Assembly (NCBI GenBank): GCA_035504595.1
Contig: DATJRQ010000018.1
Coordinates: 5,204 to 69,203, forward strand
Source: Thermoplasmata archaeon
GTDB lineage: Archaea; Thermoplasmatota; Thermoplasmata; Lutacidiplasmatales; UBA184
DNA: 64,000 nt
Direction: 5' to 3'
Part shown: positions 1 through 9,800 of the stretch, one piece after another
Layout: every line of letters begins with the position of its first letter
Position numbering within the stretch: position 1 is the stretch's first letter
Position numbers and translations under genes: made by a program
Notes under the pieces: model-generated
Seen by the model: only the letters and a program-made list of their open reading frames with translations
Told to the model about the DNA's origin: nothing
Databases searched by the model: none

Positions 1-771
1 ATCGTGCTCACGCCCACGAAGCAGGTCCGACGACCGGTCGTCCTCGTTACGCCGGACGTCTACGGTCTCACGACCACGGTCCTGGACGGCGCGATCCGCT
101 TCGCCCGGGAAGGATTCGAGGTGTTGATCCCCGACATCGGCAAGACCGACGCGATCGGACCGGGGCATCACGTGGCCCTGCGGGCGGGCGCGCGGTTCGG
201 CGGCGGAGTGTCCGTGCGCTCGAAACGGATCGTCGGACTTCTGCACCTGTACACCGACGCCCTCGCGTCGCTGCGCGGACGTGAGATGGTGGACCCGGCG
301 AAGACGGCCCTGTTCGGTGCCTCCTACGGCGCGAGCCTCGCGCTGGTCCTGGCGTCCCAGGACACGAAGGTGTCGGCGGTGGTCGTCGCCTACCCGTACC
401 CGCTCTCGCCGCCGGACCTCTCCAAGCTCGTGACGGCTCCGCTCTTCTTCATCGGCGGGACCGCCGACCGCACCGCGCAGAAAGCGAAGGCACAGCTGCT
501 CGCGCCGGGACGGCCGGCCTCGTCCACCGTGGAGCGCTTCGAGCCCGTCGGGGTGCGTCACGGGTTCCTCGCCCGAGACCTCGCTGCGTACGACCTGCCC
601 CAGGCCGAACGGGCGTGGGAGAAGGCGCTCGGATTCGCGAAAACGCGACTGATGCCGGCTCCCCCCAAGCCGCCGATGCCGCCCGGCGCGAGGGTGATCG
701 GCGCCACGGGCGCGCCGGCCGTTCCGGGCGGGAGCCGGAATGCCGCTCCCGCTGCGATACTCTCGGACTAG
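1..771 (+). CDS. Dienelactone hydrolase-family alpha/beta hydrolase, probably 5'-truncated by the window
   Basis: PDVYGL, GASYGA nucleophile elbow, HGF catalytic His, AERAW C-terminal motif; frame open from base 1. Confidence 0.8.
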   Translation: MVLTPTKQVRRPVVLVTPDVYGLTTTVLDGAIRFAREGFEVLIPDIGKTDAIGPGHHVALRAGARFGGGVSVRSKRIVGLLHLYTDALASLRGREMVDPAKTALFGASYGASLALVLASQDTKVSAVVVAYPYPLSPPDLSKLVTAPLFFIGGTADRTAQKAKAQLLAPGRPASSTVERFEPVGVRHGFLARDLAAYDLPQAERAWEKALGFAKTRLMPAPPKPPMPPGARVIGATGAPAVPGGSRNAAPAAILSD

Positions 772-773
772 CC

Positions 774-1172
774 TCAGAGCGAGCCGGGCACGTTCGACGC
801 CGTCTCGACCAGCTCTTTTGCCGCCCGCGTGAACCGCATCAGTTTCGCGAGGTTTCCGCGCACCTTCAGGGTGCCGTCCATGATCGCCTTGACCGGGTCG
901 ACCTCGTGGCGCATCAGCTTCTGCCAGCTCTCGATTGGACCTTCGAACACGAACTCGGAGGAGACGCTCCGTCCGTCCGCATGGAACTCGGCGGAACGGC
1001 AGGCGCCGTTCGCGAGGTCCAGGTGCACGCCGGGCGACGGGTCGCTCGGGTCCGCCGGCTTGACGAGCAGCAGGATGTCCCCGACCCACGCCCTCGCCGC
1101 GTCGCGGTACGCCGCGTTCTCGTTGATCGCCGCGTGGAACGCCGCGGCCCATTCCGCGGAGGGGAACGTCAT
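774..1172 (-). CDS. SCP2 sterol/lipid-binding domain protein
   Basis: FPSAEW N-terminus and DPVKAIMDGTLKVRGNL SCP2 signature; ATG at 1172 chosen, with an AT-rich TATA-like element about 25 nt upstream. Confidence 0.85.
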   Translation of the reverse strand: MTFPSAEWAAAFHAAINENAAYRDAARAWVGDILLLVKPADPSDPSPGVHLDLANGACRSAEFHADGRSVSSEFVFEGPIESWQKLMRHEVDPVKAIMDGTLKVRGNLAKLMRFTRAAKELVETASNVPGSL

Positions 1173-1216
1173 CGTCGGTCCCAGTCTCCGGTCGTTAAAG
1201 CAGCGGCGGGAACGGC

Positions 1217-2185
1217 TCAACCGCTCGCGTACTCGTAGAATCCCTGCCCCGTCTTCCGACCGAGATGGCCCGCGTCAACGAGCCGGCGCAACAGTACCGA
1301 GGGCCGATACTTGGGGTCGCCGAACTCCCGGAACAGCGTCTCGGCGACCTCGAGGGAGACGTCCAGCCCGACCAGGTCCGCCAGCTCGAACGGACCCATC
1401 GGCATCCCCGCGCCGGCCTTCATCGCCGCGTCGATGTCGCGCGAGGAGGCGAGCCCCGACTCAAGCGCGAGGCACGCCTCACCGAGCACCGGCGCGAGCA
1501 GCCGGTTCACCACGAACGCGGGGGATTCCTTGACGCGGATCGGAACGAGCGGGTACCGGTGGTTCTTCAGTCCCTGCAGGAAGTCGACCGTCTCTTGGAC
1601 CACGTCCTCGCGGGTGTCGACCCCGCCCGCGACCTCGACCAGCGGCAGGGTGTACGGCGGGTTGAAGAAGTGCACGACGAGCGTCTCGCGCACGCGCTTC
1701 AGCCCGTGTGCGAGCCGGGTGATCGAGAGCGACGACGTGTTCGACCCGATCACGGCGTGGTCCGGAACGACCGCGTCCAGTGCCTCGAGCACCGGGCGCT
1801 TTACGTCGGCCTGCTCGAACACCGCCTCCACCACGAGGTCGACGTCGTGGAACGACGCGTAGTCGGTGGTTCCGGTGACCCGCGCGACGACCTCGTCGGC
1901 GCGGGCGCGCGTGAACTTCGGCGCGAGCCGCTTCCGGATCGATTCCTGCTGGGCGTCCGACAGGGGCCCGGCGATCTCCGTGATCCGCGCGATCTCCTTC
2001 GGCGCCCGTTCTTCCTGGAAACGGACCAGCTCGTCGACGATCGCTCGGACCTTCGAGCGTCCCTTCTCGACGGTCGGGCCGTCCACGTCCTTCAGCACCA
2101 CGGGGATGCCGTTGAACGCGAGCACCTCGGCGATCGCCGAGCCCATCGTCCCCGCGCCGACCACGCCGGCCTTCTCGACCCGCAT
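1217..2185 (-). CDS. hbd: 3-hydroxyacyl-CoA (3-hydroxybutyryl-CoA) dehydrogenase
   Basis: GAGTMG Rossmann motif, VEAVFE, SNTSSL, HFFNP, PMGPFELADLVGLD, LGRKTGQGFY. Confidence 0.92.
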   Translation of the reverse strand: MRVEKAGVVGAGTMGSAIAEVLAFNGIPVVLKDVDGPTVEKGRSKVRAIVDELVRFQEERAPKEIARITEIAGPLSDAQQESIRKRLAPKFTRARADEVVARVTGTTDYASFHDVDLVVEAVFEQADVKRPVLEALDAVVPDHAVIGSNTSSLSITRLAHGLKRVRETLVVHFFNPPYTLPLVEVAGGVDTREDVVQETVDFLQGLKNHRYPLVPIRVKESPAFVVNRLLAPVLGEACLALESGLASSRDIDAAMKAGAGMPMGPFELADLVGLDVSLEVAETLFREFGDPKYRPSVLLRRLVDAGHLGRKTGQGFYEYASG

Positions 2186-2232
2186 ATCGCACCGGGGGCG
2201 GGAAGCTCCCGGGCGCTACTTAACGGACGAGA

Positions 2233-2661
2233 TTACGCCCCCGAGAGCGGGCCGCCCGGCCCGCGCCCGCGGCGCCCAAGGTCGGTCATGATCTGGTCGA
2301 ACTGCTCGCGCGTGATCTCGCCGCGGGCGTACCTCTGGCGGGCGGCCATGACAGCGGGGTCCCGGCCCATCCCCCCGCGGTACTGCGAGCGATAGTACGG
2401 ACTCCGGGAACGGCTGCTCCAGAACGCCATCCGGATCACGAAGAAGGAGACCCAGAGCAGGAGGAACAGAAGGAAGAACCCGCCCCAGTACCCGTCGTAC
2501 GGCCGCGGCGCTCCCCCGAAACCAATCGTCCCCGTCACCAGCAACAACGCCACGGTCGCGAGGATCGCGACCATGGCGATCCCGACGATCAGGAGGGCCC
2601 AGAACCGACGGGGTCGGCCGGGGGAAGGATTCGACGCGTACCCGCCACCCGGTCCGTACAC
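2233..2661 (-). CDS. Two-TM membrane protein with C-terminal SHOCT domain
   Basis: Two hydrophobic helices followed by ARQRYARGEITREQF. Confidence 0.8.
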   Translation of the reverse strand: MYGPGGGYASNPSPGRPRRFWALLIVGIAMVAILATVALLLVTGTIGFGGAPRPYDGYWGGFFLLFLLLWVSFFVIRMAFWSSRSRSPYYRSQYRGGMGRDPAVMAARQRYARGEITREQFDQIMTDLGRRGRGPGGPLSGA

Positions 2662-2804
2662 GCCGAACTCCGAAGGGCCCAGCGACCCACCCCCTATCTG
2701 AAGCCTTGTCTGCTCGACGTCGAACGTCTCGGGACCGTGCGGCGACTCCGGACGCGGTTCTTCGAGCGAAGCCTTAAGGAGCCGACCGGGCTCGTCACGG
2801 TCGC

Positions 2805-2919
2805 GCGGGGATAGCCCAGCCCGGTAAGGCGCAGGATTGCTAATCCTGTGGTGATTTCACCTCGGGGGTTCAAAGGGGCTCCGGGACCCGCCGGAGCCCG
2901 GGACGTCCCCCTCCCCGCG
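2805..2919 (+). tRNA. tRNA-Ser(GCT) with a 31-nt intron in the T-loop
   Basis: Acceptor stem GCGGGGA/TCCCCGC, G73, anticodon arm CAGGA-TT GCT AA-TCCTG, long variable arm; T arm GGGGG-TTCAAA^T-CCCCC restored by removing 2875-2905; CTTAAG TATA-like element about 30 nt upstream; CCA not encoded. Confidence 0.93.
2875..2905 (+). other. tRNA intron at position 59/60 with relaxed bulge-helix-bulge
   Basis: Internal 9-bp hairpin GGGCTCCGG/CCGGAGCCC; bulges AA^G and CG^T flank central helix TTCA/GGGA. Confidence 0.85.
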
Positions 2920-2930
2920 TTCCGGTCGCA

Positions 2931-3257
2931 CTATCCCGCGGGCTCGGCCGCCGCCCGGTAGAGGTCGTGGTCCTTTCGCACCGACACGACGGTGCCGGGG
3001 CCCGGCAGGGGTCCCTCCACGACCGCAAGGAGCCGCACCGACTCCGGCATCTCGACCAGGGCGAGCCGGTGGGGTGACGCCCAACCCTCCGCGGGCGCGG
3101 TCAGCTCGGTGCTGACGAGGACCGTGCCGAGCGCCGGCGCGGAGTACGGGTGGACGTCGGTCGAACCGCATCGGGGGCAGCCACCGTCCGTCGGCAGGAA
3201 CCGGGCCTGGCACGCCTCGCAGCGACTGAGCTCGATCGCCTCGGGCGAGGGGGTCAT
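2931..3257 (-). CDS. DUF35-family Zn-ribbon/OB-fold protein (thiolase partner)
   Basis: CEAC...CPRCG knuckles then OB-like strands; start overlaps the thiolase stop (ATGA). Confidence 0.85.
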   Translation of the reverse strand: MTPSPEAIELSRCEACQARFLPTDGGCPRCGSTDVHPYSAPALGTVLVSTELTAPAEGWASPHRLALVEMPESVRLLAVVEGPLPGPGTVVSVRKDHDLYRAAAEPAG

Positions 3258-4387
3258 GTTCCGCTCCGTCCGAGAATCGTGACGAAGTTGTGCGACGCGA
3301 TCCCGCCCACCGCCTGGGCCAAGCCGACTCGAGGCGGCGTGGCGACCGCGTGGGCGCCCGCCTCTTCGCGCAACTGAAGGGCAACCTCCGCGATCTCGGC
3401 GAGGCCCGAGGCGGCCACGGGGTGCCCCCGACCCACTACGCCTCCGCTCGGATTCACCGGGATCCGACCGTCGGGGCCCGCGTCCCCACGTGCGAGCGTC
3501 GCCGGTCCCTCCCCCACCTCGCAGAATCCGAGATCTTCCATGTGGATGAAGAGGAACGGGGAGAACGCATCGTGCACTTCGGCGACGGCGACCTCCTTCG
3601 GTCCGACCTTCGCGTTCTCGTACGCACGCTGCGCGGCGACCCGGGTCGCCCCGAAGGTCGTCAGGTCGTTGCGATCGACGACGCGAAGCGCCTCGAAACC
3701 CTGCCCGAGACCGAGGACGCCCGCCGGGCCGTCGCCCTTCTCCAGCACGACGGCGGTGGCGCCGTCCGACATGGCGGAGCAGTGCAGCAGCCGCAAGGGG
3801 CTCGCGACCATCTTGCTCGCCGCGACCTCTTCCAGGGTGACGGGTTTCTGGAAATGGGCGAACGGATTGCGCGCCGCCATCGCCCGCGCGTGTACCGTGG
3901 CGGCGTCGAAGATCGCGGGCGTGCCGCCGTGACGTTGGAGGTACCGCTGCGCGACGATCGCCGCGAGCGCGGGCATCGTCGCGCCGGCCGCGACTTCGGA
4001 GGTGTGCAGCGACGCCGAGAGGTCCCGCGTGTTCTCCGCCGTGGTTCGGTCGGTCATCTTTTCGCCGGCCACGACGAGAGCTCGGTCGAACCGCCCGGTC
4101 TCGATCGCGAGGGCCGCGGCATGGAAGGCCATCGCCCCGGTCGCGCTCGCCCCATCGACCCGGTATCCCGACGCCGATTCAACGCCCAGACGTCCGGCCA
4201 GGCGCGGTAGCAGTGCCTCGGGCCCGTGGGGCCCGTGGGCCATCATCGACCCGACGACCAGCAGGTCGATGGGGCGACGGCCGACCCCCTCGAGGGCGCC
4301 GGCGCCGGCTTCGGCGGCGAGCTCGACGAGACTCTCGGGCCGCTTTCCGAAGCGGACCATCCCGACGGAGGCGACGTGAACGGTCAT
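3254..4387 (-). CDS. Archaeal SCP2-type thiolase-family protein (Cys nucleophile position is Ser)
   Basis: GMVRFGK, GEKM, SDGA, EVHDAF, NPSGG...GHPVAASG motifs; RVDGASATG where RVExACASG is expected. Confidence 0.88.
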   Translation of the reverse strand: MTVHVASVGMVRFGKRPESLVELAAEAGAGALEGVGRRPIDLLVVGSMMAHGPHGPEALLPRLAGRLGVESASGYRVDGASATGAMAFHAAALAIETGRFDRALVVAGEKMTDRTTAENTRDLSASLHTSEVAAGATMPALAAIVAQRYLQRHGGTPAIFDAATVHARAMAARNPFAHFQKPVTLEEVAASKMVASPLRLLHCSAMSDGATAVVLEKGDGPAGVLGLGQGFEALRVVDRNDLTTFGATRVAAQRAYENAKVGPKEVAVAEVHDAFSPFLFIHMEDLGFCEVGEGPATLARGDAGPDGRIPVNPSGGVVGRGHPVAASGLAEIAEVALQLREEAGAHAVATPPRVGLAQAVGGIASHNFVTILGRSGT

Positions 4388-4938
4388 GCGGCCGCAGTCG
4401 CCACGGTCGGCATGAAGTACCGCACCTTCTCGAGGAACTCCGAGAGCGGCATTCCCTCGTCCCAGCGGAGGATCCCGTTCCCCTCCCGGGTCGAGTTCAC
4501 GGGCGGGACGCGACGGCAGATCGCGCCCATCGCGCCGCGGTCCGGCGCGCGACTCGCGAGGAAGACACGCCAGCTCTCCTCGGAGCGACGACCCAGCCGG
4601 CGGTACGCGTACAGCACGGTCAACCCCACGCGGCCGACCGCCGCCCGATGGGCGGCGAGCTGCGCCTCGGCGCGGCCGCTGGCGGCGGTGAATCGAATGA
4701 CGTCGTCGGACGACGCCTTCACCTCGAGGGGGAGCGCGAAGTCGTGGCGCATCGCGACCAGGTCGAACCCGAGGGATCCGGCGCCGCGGATGACGAGGAA
4801 CGGTTCGGCAATGAGCCGCTCGAAGGCGGCCCGGGCGCCCGGGGGAAGTCCCCGGGCGTACGCTCGGACGGCGGCCGGCTGTCCCTCCAGGAGCGTGCGC
4901 AGCTCGCGCTCGTACGACGAAGAACTCCGACCGACCAC
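4384..4938 (-). CDS. hjc: Holliday junction resolvase, Thermoplasmata Hjc-like
   Basis: YERELR, RGAGSLGFDLVA and EVKAS PD-(D/E)xK nuclease motifs; GTG at 4938 chosen over the long shadow extension. Confidence 0.8.
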   Translation of the reverse strand: MVGRSSSSYERELRTLLEGQPAAVRAYARGLPPGARAAFERLIAEPFLVIRGAGSLGFDLVAMRHDFALPLEVKASSDDVIRFTAASGRAEAQLAAHRAAVGRVGLTVLYAYRRLGRRSEESWRVFLASRAPDRGAMGAICRRVPPVNSTREGNGILRWDEGMPLSEFLEKVRYFMPTVATAAA

Positions 4939-4960
4939 GGCCGGGACTCGATTGTGGACC

Positions 4961-4968
4961 TTTTTAAG
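4961..4968. promoter_or_regulatory. Putative bidirectional TATA element between hjc and the AAA+ gene
   Basis: TTTTTAAG (CTTAAAAA on minus strand) is the only AT-rich run, about 22 nt from each divergent start codon. Confidence 0.55.
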
Positions 4969-4989
4969 ATGAAGTTCGAGTAGGTCGGT

Positions 4990-6444
4990 GTGGCCGCGAC
5001 CGCCTCCTTGGAGATCGCGGCGGCCGACGTACCGGTCGCGCGGGTCCTCGCGGCGGTCGTTGCCGACTCGGACCGGCGTCGCACGATCCGGGGCGTCGCG
5101 TCGCAGCCCGCGCGGTTCCGGCTCTCGGAGCTCCGGAGCCGTCTGCTCCGAGACCGAGTCTTCGAGGACTCCAGTCGATTGATCGCGCGCCTGCGGCGCC
5201 GGGGGCTGCTCCTCGAGCTCCCCGAGGGCCGGGGCGACAAGTCGTTCCACATCCCCTACCCGGAGGAACTGCGGCAGCTGCTGCTCGACGAGGTAGCGCG
5301 CTCGGAGGTGGTGGAACCGTCCGCCCTCCAGCCCGTGCCGGACGAGTCGGCGGAGATCCGGTCGATGGATTCCGAGTTCCTCGACCGGCTCCGGGACATC
5401 CTGCATCACCGGCTGGAGGAGACGGTCGAGTTCGGTCGAACGTTCGATGTGGCGAAGCTGTCCGACTACCTCCGGGGCCTCTTCGGAGAGGCCCTGTACT
5501 TCGACTCGTTGATCTCGCTGCTGCAGCAGTACGCTCTGGCCGACGCGCCGCTCCTCGCGCCGACCGGCCGGACGACCGGCGCGACCGGATTCCACCTTGC
5601 CTTGTTCGGGCCGCCCGGCACAGGAAAGACGTTCTCGATCGACGACCTCGTGCGCGGCAACCCCCGGACCGGCGTCCCCGCGCACGGACTCGCCGGTCGC
5701 AACCGCTACTGTGGTGGGATCACGCCCGTCCAGTTCCTCCGGGTCGGTGCTTCCTACACCGGACGGACGTTCAATTTCATCGTGCCCGAGTTCAATGACT
5801 GGTTCAAGTACCGCGGGATGGTCGAACCGCTGAAGCTCGTGATGGAACAGCGCGAGGTGAAGTGGGAAACGACGTTCGGCACGGTGGGCCCGTACACGTT
5901 CCGCTCATTCTTCTCGGTGAACTACAACGTTCGCACCGCCGGGGCCCAGGATTATTGGGCAACGATCGGGGACCCCAACTTCGCGGCGCTGGAGGACCGC
6001 ATGCTGCTGCGGTTCCACCCGATGACCCGGGACCGGTTCCGGGCGGTGGAGGCGAGCGCCGAGCGGCTCGAGCTCGGGGAGATGGACTTCGCCCTCGCCG
6101 GCCCGATCCGGGACCACCTGACGCTCGTGCACGCCATCGAGACGGGTCATCCGCTCGTGGCGGCCAAGTTCCGTTCGAAGGCCGTCCGGCTCGAACGGGC
6201 CCTGTACGACCAACTCCGCGCCGTCTCGGAGAAAGCGCTGAAGACCACCTCGTTCCCGAAGTTCTCGCCCCGGCTCAAGTCGCGCGCCGTTCGACTCGCC
6301 GCGGCCGCGTCCCTGCTCACGTACTTCCGCGACCCGGCGCCCGGACCGATCGCCATCGGAAAGCGCGAGTCCGAGTTCGCCCGGCACTTCTACGAGGAGG
6401 AGATCCGTGCCCGAGAGGGCCGACACGGCCACGTCGCCAACTGA
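4990..6444 (+). CDS. Uncharacterised MCM/chelatase-like AAA+ ATPase with putative N-terminal winged helix
   Basis: Walker A GPPGTGKT, variant Walker B FIVPEF, MEQREV, arginine finger ALEDR, sensor II SPRLKSRAVRLA. Confidence 0.7.
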   Translation: MAATASLEIAAADVPVARVLAAVVADSDRRRTIRGVASQPARFRLSELRSRLLRDRVFEDSSRLIARLRRRGLLLELPEGRGDKSFHIPYPEELRQLLLDEVARSEVVEPSALQPVPDESAEIRSMDSEFLDRLRDILHHRLEETVEFGRTFDVAKLSDYLRGLFGEALYFDSLISLLQQYALADAPLLAPTGRTTGATGFHLALFGPPGTGKTFSIDDLVRGNPRTGVPAHGLAGRNRYCGGITPVQFLRVGASYTGRTFNFIVPEFNDWFKYRGMVEPLKLVMEQREVKWETTFGTVGPYTFRSFFSVNYNVRTAGAQDYWATIGDPNFAALEDRMLLRFHPMTRDRFRAVEASAERLELGEMDFALAGPIRDHLTLVHAIETGHPLVAAKFRSKAVRLERALYDQLRAVSEKALKTTSFPKFSPRLKSRAVRLAAAASLLTYFRDPAPGPIAIGKRESEFARHFYEEEIRAREGRHGHVAN

Positions 6445-6457
6445 CGCCCGCGCCGCC

Positions 6458-6874
6458 GTGCGGTTCCACCGGCCCGCGGACGAGGATGTCCGCCGCGCCG
6501 CCCGTCGGCTCGTCCGTGGCGGCAAGGCGGCGTTTGCGTCTCAGGCCCGATTCCGGGACGCGCTGGTCGCGTCCCTCCGTCGGGACGACCCGATCGCCGT
6601 GATCTCTGGCCGTCGCCTGCGAAGTCTCCTGATCGACGTGCCGGGGGTTCGGATCTCCGTGCGGTACACCGAACGGACGTCCGCGCCTCCCCTGACGGCG
6701 TGCCCGGTCTGCGGGTCCGAGCTGAAGCCGATCCGCAACCAGACCCTTTCGGGAGATTCCGTCGTGCTTGGGCAGCGGTGCGTGCGATGCGACTACTGGA
6801 CGCACCGCACCCGTCGCGTGCCCGTTCGCTATCAGATCACGAGCGCTGGGATCGACGGGCGACGCGTGCGCTGA
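6458..6874 (+). CDS. Basic hypothetical protein with C-terminal Zn finger
   Basis: CPVCG...CVRCDYW; Arg-rich; GTG start 13 nt after the ATPase stop. Confidence 0.7.
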   Translation: MRFHRPADEDVRRAARRLVRGGKAAFASQARFRDALVASLRRDDPIAVISGRRLRSLLIDVPGVRISVRYTERTSAPPLTACPVCGSELKPIRNQTLSGDSVVLGQRCVRCDYWTHRTRRVPVRYQITSAGIDGRRVR

Positions 6875-6877
6875 ATC

Positions 6878-9800
6878 CTACGATTCTTGCCAGGGTTCCT
6901 CGGTCGCCGGAGGAGTCTCCTTCACCGGAGGGGTGTACGGGGTCGGAGGAGAGGAAGGCGGTTTGCTCCGAGAGCGACCCGCGGCGAACAACAGCACCGC
7001 GGCCACGGCCGCCCCCACGAGGATTCCCAGGACGAGGGCTTCGTCGAAGCTCGTTCCGAACGTCGAAGCGTTCGAACTCGAGGTCACCGTCAGATGATAC
7101 GTCGCGTTCCACTCCGCCCCGACCTTGTCCTCAATGAACAGCGTCACATTGTACGTGCCGGCGTTCGCGAAGGCGTGAGAGCTTTCGACGCCGTATCCGT
7201 AGGACCCGTCACCGAATCCCCAGACGATCGTGTACGGAGCCGTTCCTCCCGAGATCGACGTGGTGAAGTCGAGGGCAGTGCCCGCAGTTACGCTCGTGCC
7301 CGTGGGGAGCGCGGGACTCGTCGGGCCCGTCGCGACCTGGAATGTCGCGGCGAGAGCCGCGTTCACTGTGACCGTCGTGTAGTTGCTGACCGGTTCCCCT
7401 GCCGCGTCGGTGTAGTGCACCGTTGCAAAGTACGTCCCCGCGGTCGAGTAGGTGTGGTGCACTGTCGTCCCATTCGCCGTGGCGCCGTCTCCGAACGTCC
7501 AGTAGGACGTCCCCGGACTTACTCCCCCGGAAGCGAGGGTAGCAAAGGAAACTGGAATGCCCACGTCGGTGACGTTGGAGGGAGAAGCAGCCACCGCGAC
7601 CGTCGGAAGCGGCTCGACTGTGACCTGGCTGGTGGCGCTGGAAACTCCGCCGCCCGCATCTTTCGTGATGACAGTGAGAAGATACATGCCCGGGGCAGCG
7701 TACACGTGGGACGTGTTTGCGCCCCATGCAGTTGCCCCGTCGCCGAAGGCCCAGCTGTAATTGAATGGCCCCGTACCGCCGGTGACCGAGGCGGTGGCGT
7801 TCAACGTAGCCCCCAGATCTATCGCGGCGGATCCCCCTCCGTTGAGCTCGACCTGGACGGCCAGTGCGGGGTTGACCGAGAGGACGGTCGATGACTGAGT
7901 GGTGTATCCGAGCAAATCTTCAATCGTCGCGGAGATCGTGTAGGTTGCCGCGGATACAACTTTACAGTTGATAGTGGTCGCGTCCTGGCTGACGCACCCC
8001 GTCGGGAGACCGCTGTAGCTGATCGTCGACGGGCCCGCACCGCCCACGAATCCCAGCAGCACCGAGGTGGAGGCGCCGACGTCCACGGGGTTGGGGGTGG
8101 CGGCCAAGAAGGTGATCCGCGGCGGACTCGCGATGATGCTGATTGTGCCGGAAATGAAGTTGGTGACCCAGATCTCGCTGGAACCTTGTGAGTTGCTGCC
8201 CGGGAAGTTCACCGGGGTCGAGTCAATCGGCAATTGCCCGGCGGGGAAGGTCGTGTACGATACCTGGCTCGCTGCTACGGACGACCCATCAATGACTGTG
8301 ATGTTGCCCGGCCAGGGTGGTCCAGAACTCCCGTTCGATGCTACGTAGAGGAACTCTCGGGACGGGTCATACACAATTGACCAGGCGACCACGTGAGGCG
8401 CAATCGGAATCGGACCGGCAACGATACTGCGATTCCCGGGGTTGACAATCCATACGGCTTCGCCGAGCGCGTAGATCTTGTGATCTGCCGAGTCATAAGC
8501 CACCGAGAGCAAGCCGGGAATCGTTGAAATCGGCGCGCCGATGATGCTCCCGTTCGCCCCATTGACAGCGACCAGGGTTGGCGCCGCTGGGTCGGACCGA
8601 TTGACCACAAACAGCGTGTCAGACTCGTTGTCCAGCGCGACCCCCTGGAGGTTCACCGTGCCCGCGGCGATTCTGGTCTGGAGTTGGAGTGTCAGACTCG
8701 GCATGTCAAGGGCATAGAGCCCCGTGATCTTGTTCAGATCCCAGAGTAAGCCGCTCTGCGGGTCGACAATCAGCTGAGTGTTGTTGCCCGCCAAATCTGG
8801 TCCGGTGTTTTCCGAAATGATGCCGCCCGTCTGAGCGTCGACGGCAAGAACTCCGCCCGTGAAGCCAATGTAGATTGTGCCCGTCGCGGGGTCGTCGGCG
8901 AGAGAATTTGGTGTCCCGGGCACAGTCAGAGGGGCGCGGACAGTTTGGAACGTCGTTGCATTCAGCACCGATACTGCATGGCTTGCCCAATCTGCGACGA
9001 ACACGTACCCCGAACCAGGGTCGTACGCAAGAGTCGCGGCCTCTGCGCCCAGATTCGGTGAGAGCTGAACCACGCTCCGTGTCGAGATGTTGGCAACGGT
9101 GATTGTCCGATTCGTGTTGCTCCACACGTAGACAAGCCCGTTTGTTGGATCGAGAGTGAGACGATCCGGAGGCAGCGTCACGTTCAAGGCGATCGGCGTA
9201 ACGAGCCCGGCCCTTGCTTGTACAAGCGAGAGATGAAGGGCAGTTCCGTTCACTGACACGAATTCTGAACCATTCAAACTCGAGATCACAGACGAAACGT
9301 TGAGACCAACCGATGATGTTCCCTCCACAACCTCGGTGCTCGCGTCGTATAGGTTTAGGAGGGTGCTACTAGGTGTCGCGATGGCCAGTAGATTGGTCGA
9401 CGTCGAGTACGCAAGTGCACTTGGAGAAGAAAACAGTCGTATAGGGGGGCTTTCAACGACGAAGTTTTTTGTGACGTTCACTGGGGTGACGTTGTAAGCA
9501 CCCGCGTACACCCCGGAGTTTGCCACGAACACTTCCCCAATCGTCGGTGCGTCCACCAATGCGATAGGAGAAATCCCTACGTGCGGAACCGACTGCAGTA
9601 GCTGGCCGGTTGCGCCATCTATTATTGACAGGTTTCCGGAAGCGGTGTTTGCTACGACCAGATCTTGGGATACCGGGTCGTAGAGAATGTCGTGCGGATC
9701 GCCTCCAACCGGAATCGGTGACCCTACCGTAGTGCCCGTGATCAGACTGTAAGCTACGACCTGGTTCGTCAGTGGTAGGGTCGCGTACAGGTAGCCGTTG

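Noticed and set aside
4939..5685. Long N-terminal extension of the Hjc ORF
   Set aside because: Antisense to the AAA+ gene; Hjc motifs begin near 4920 and a TATA-like element lies just upstream
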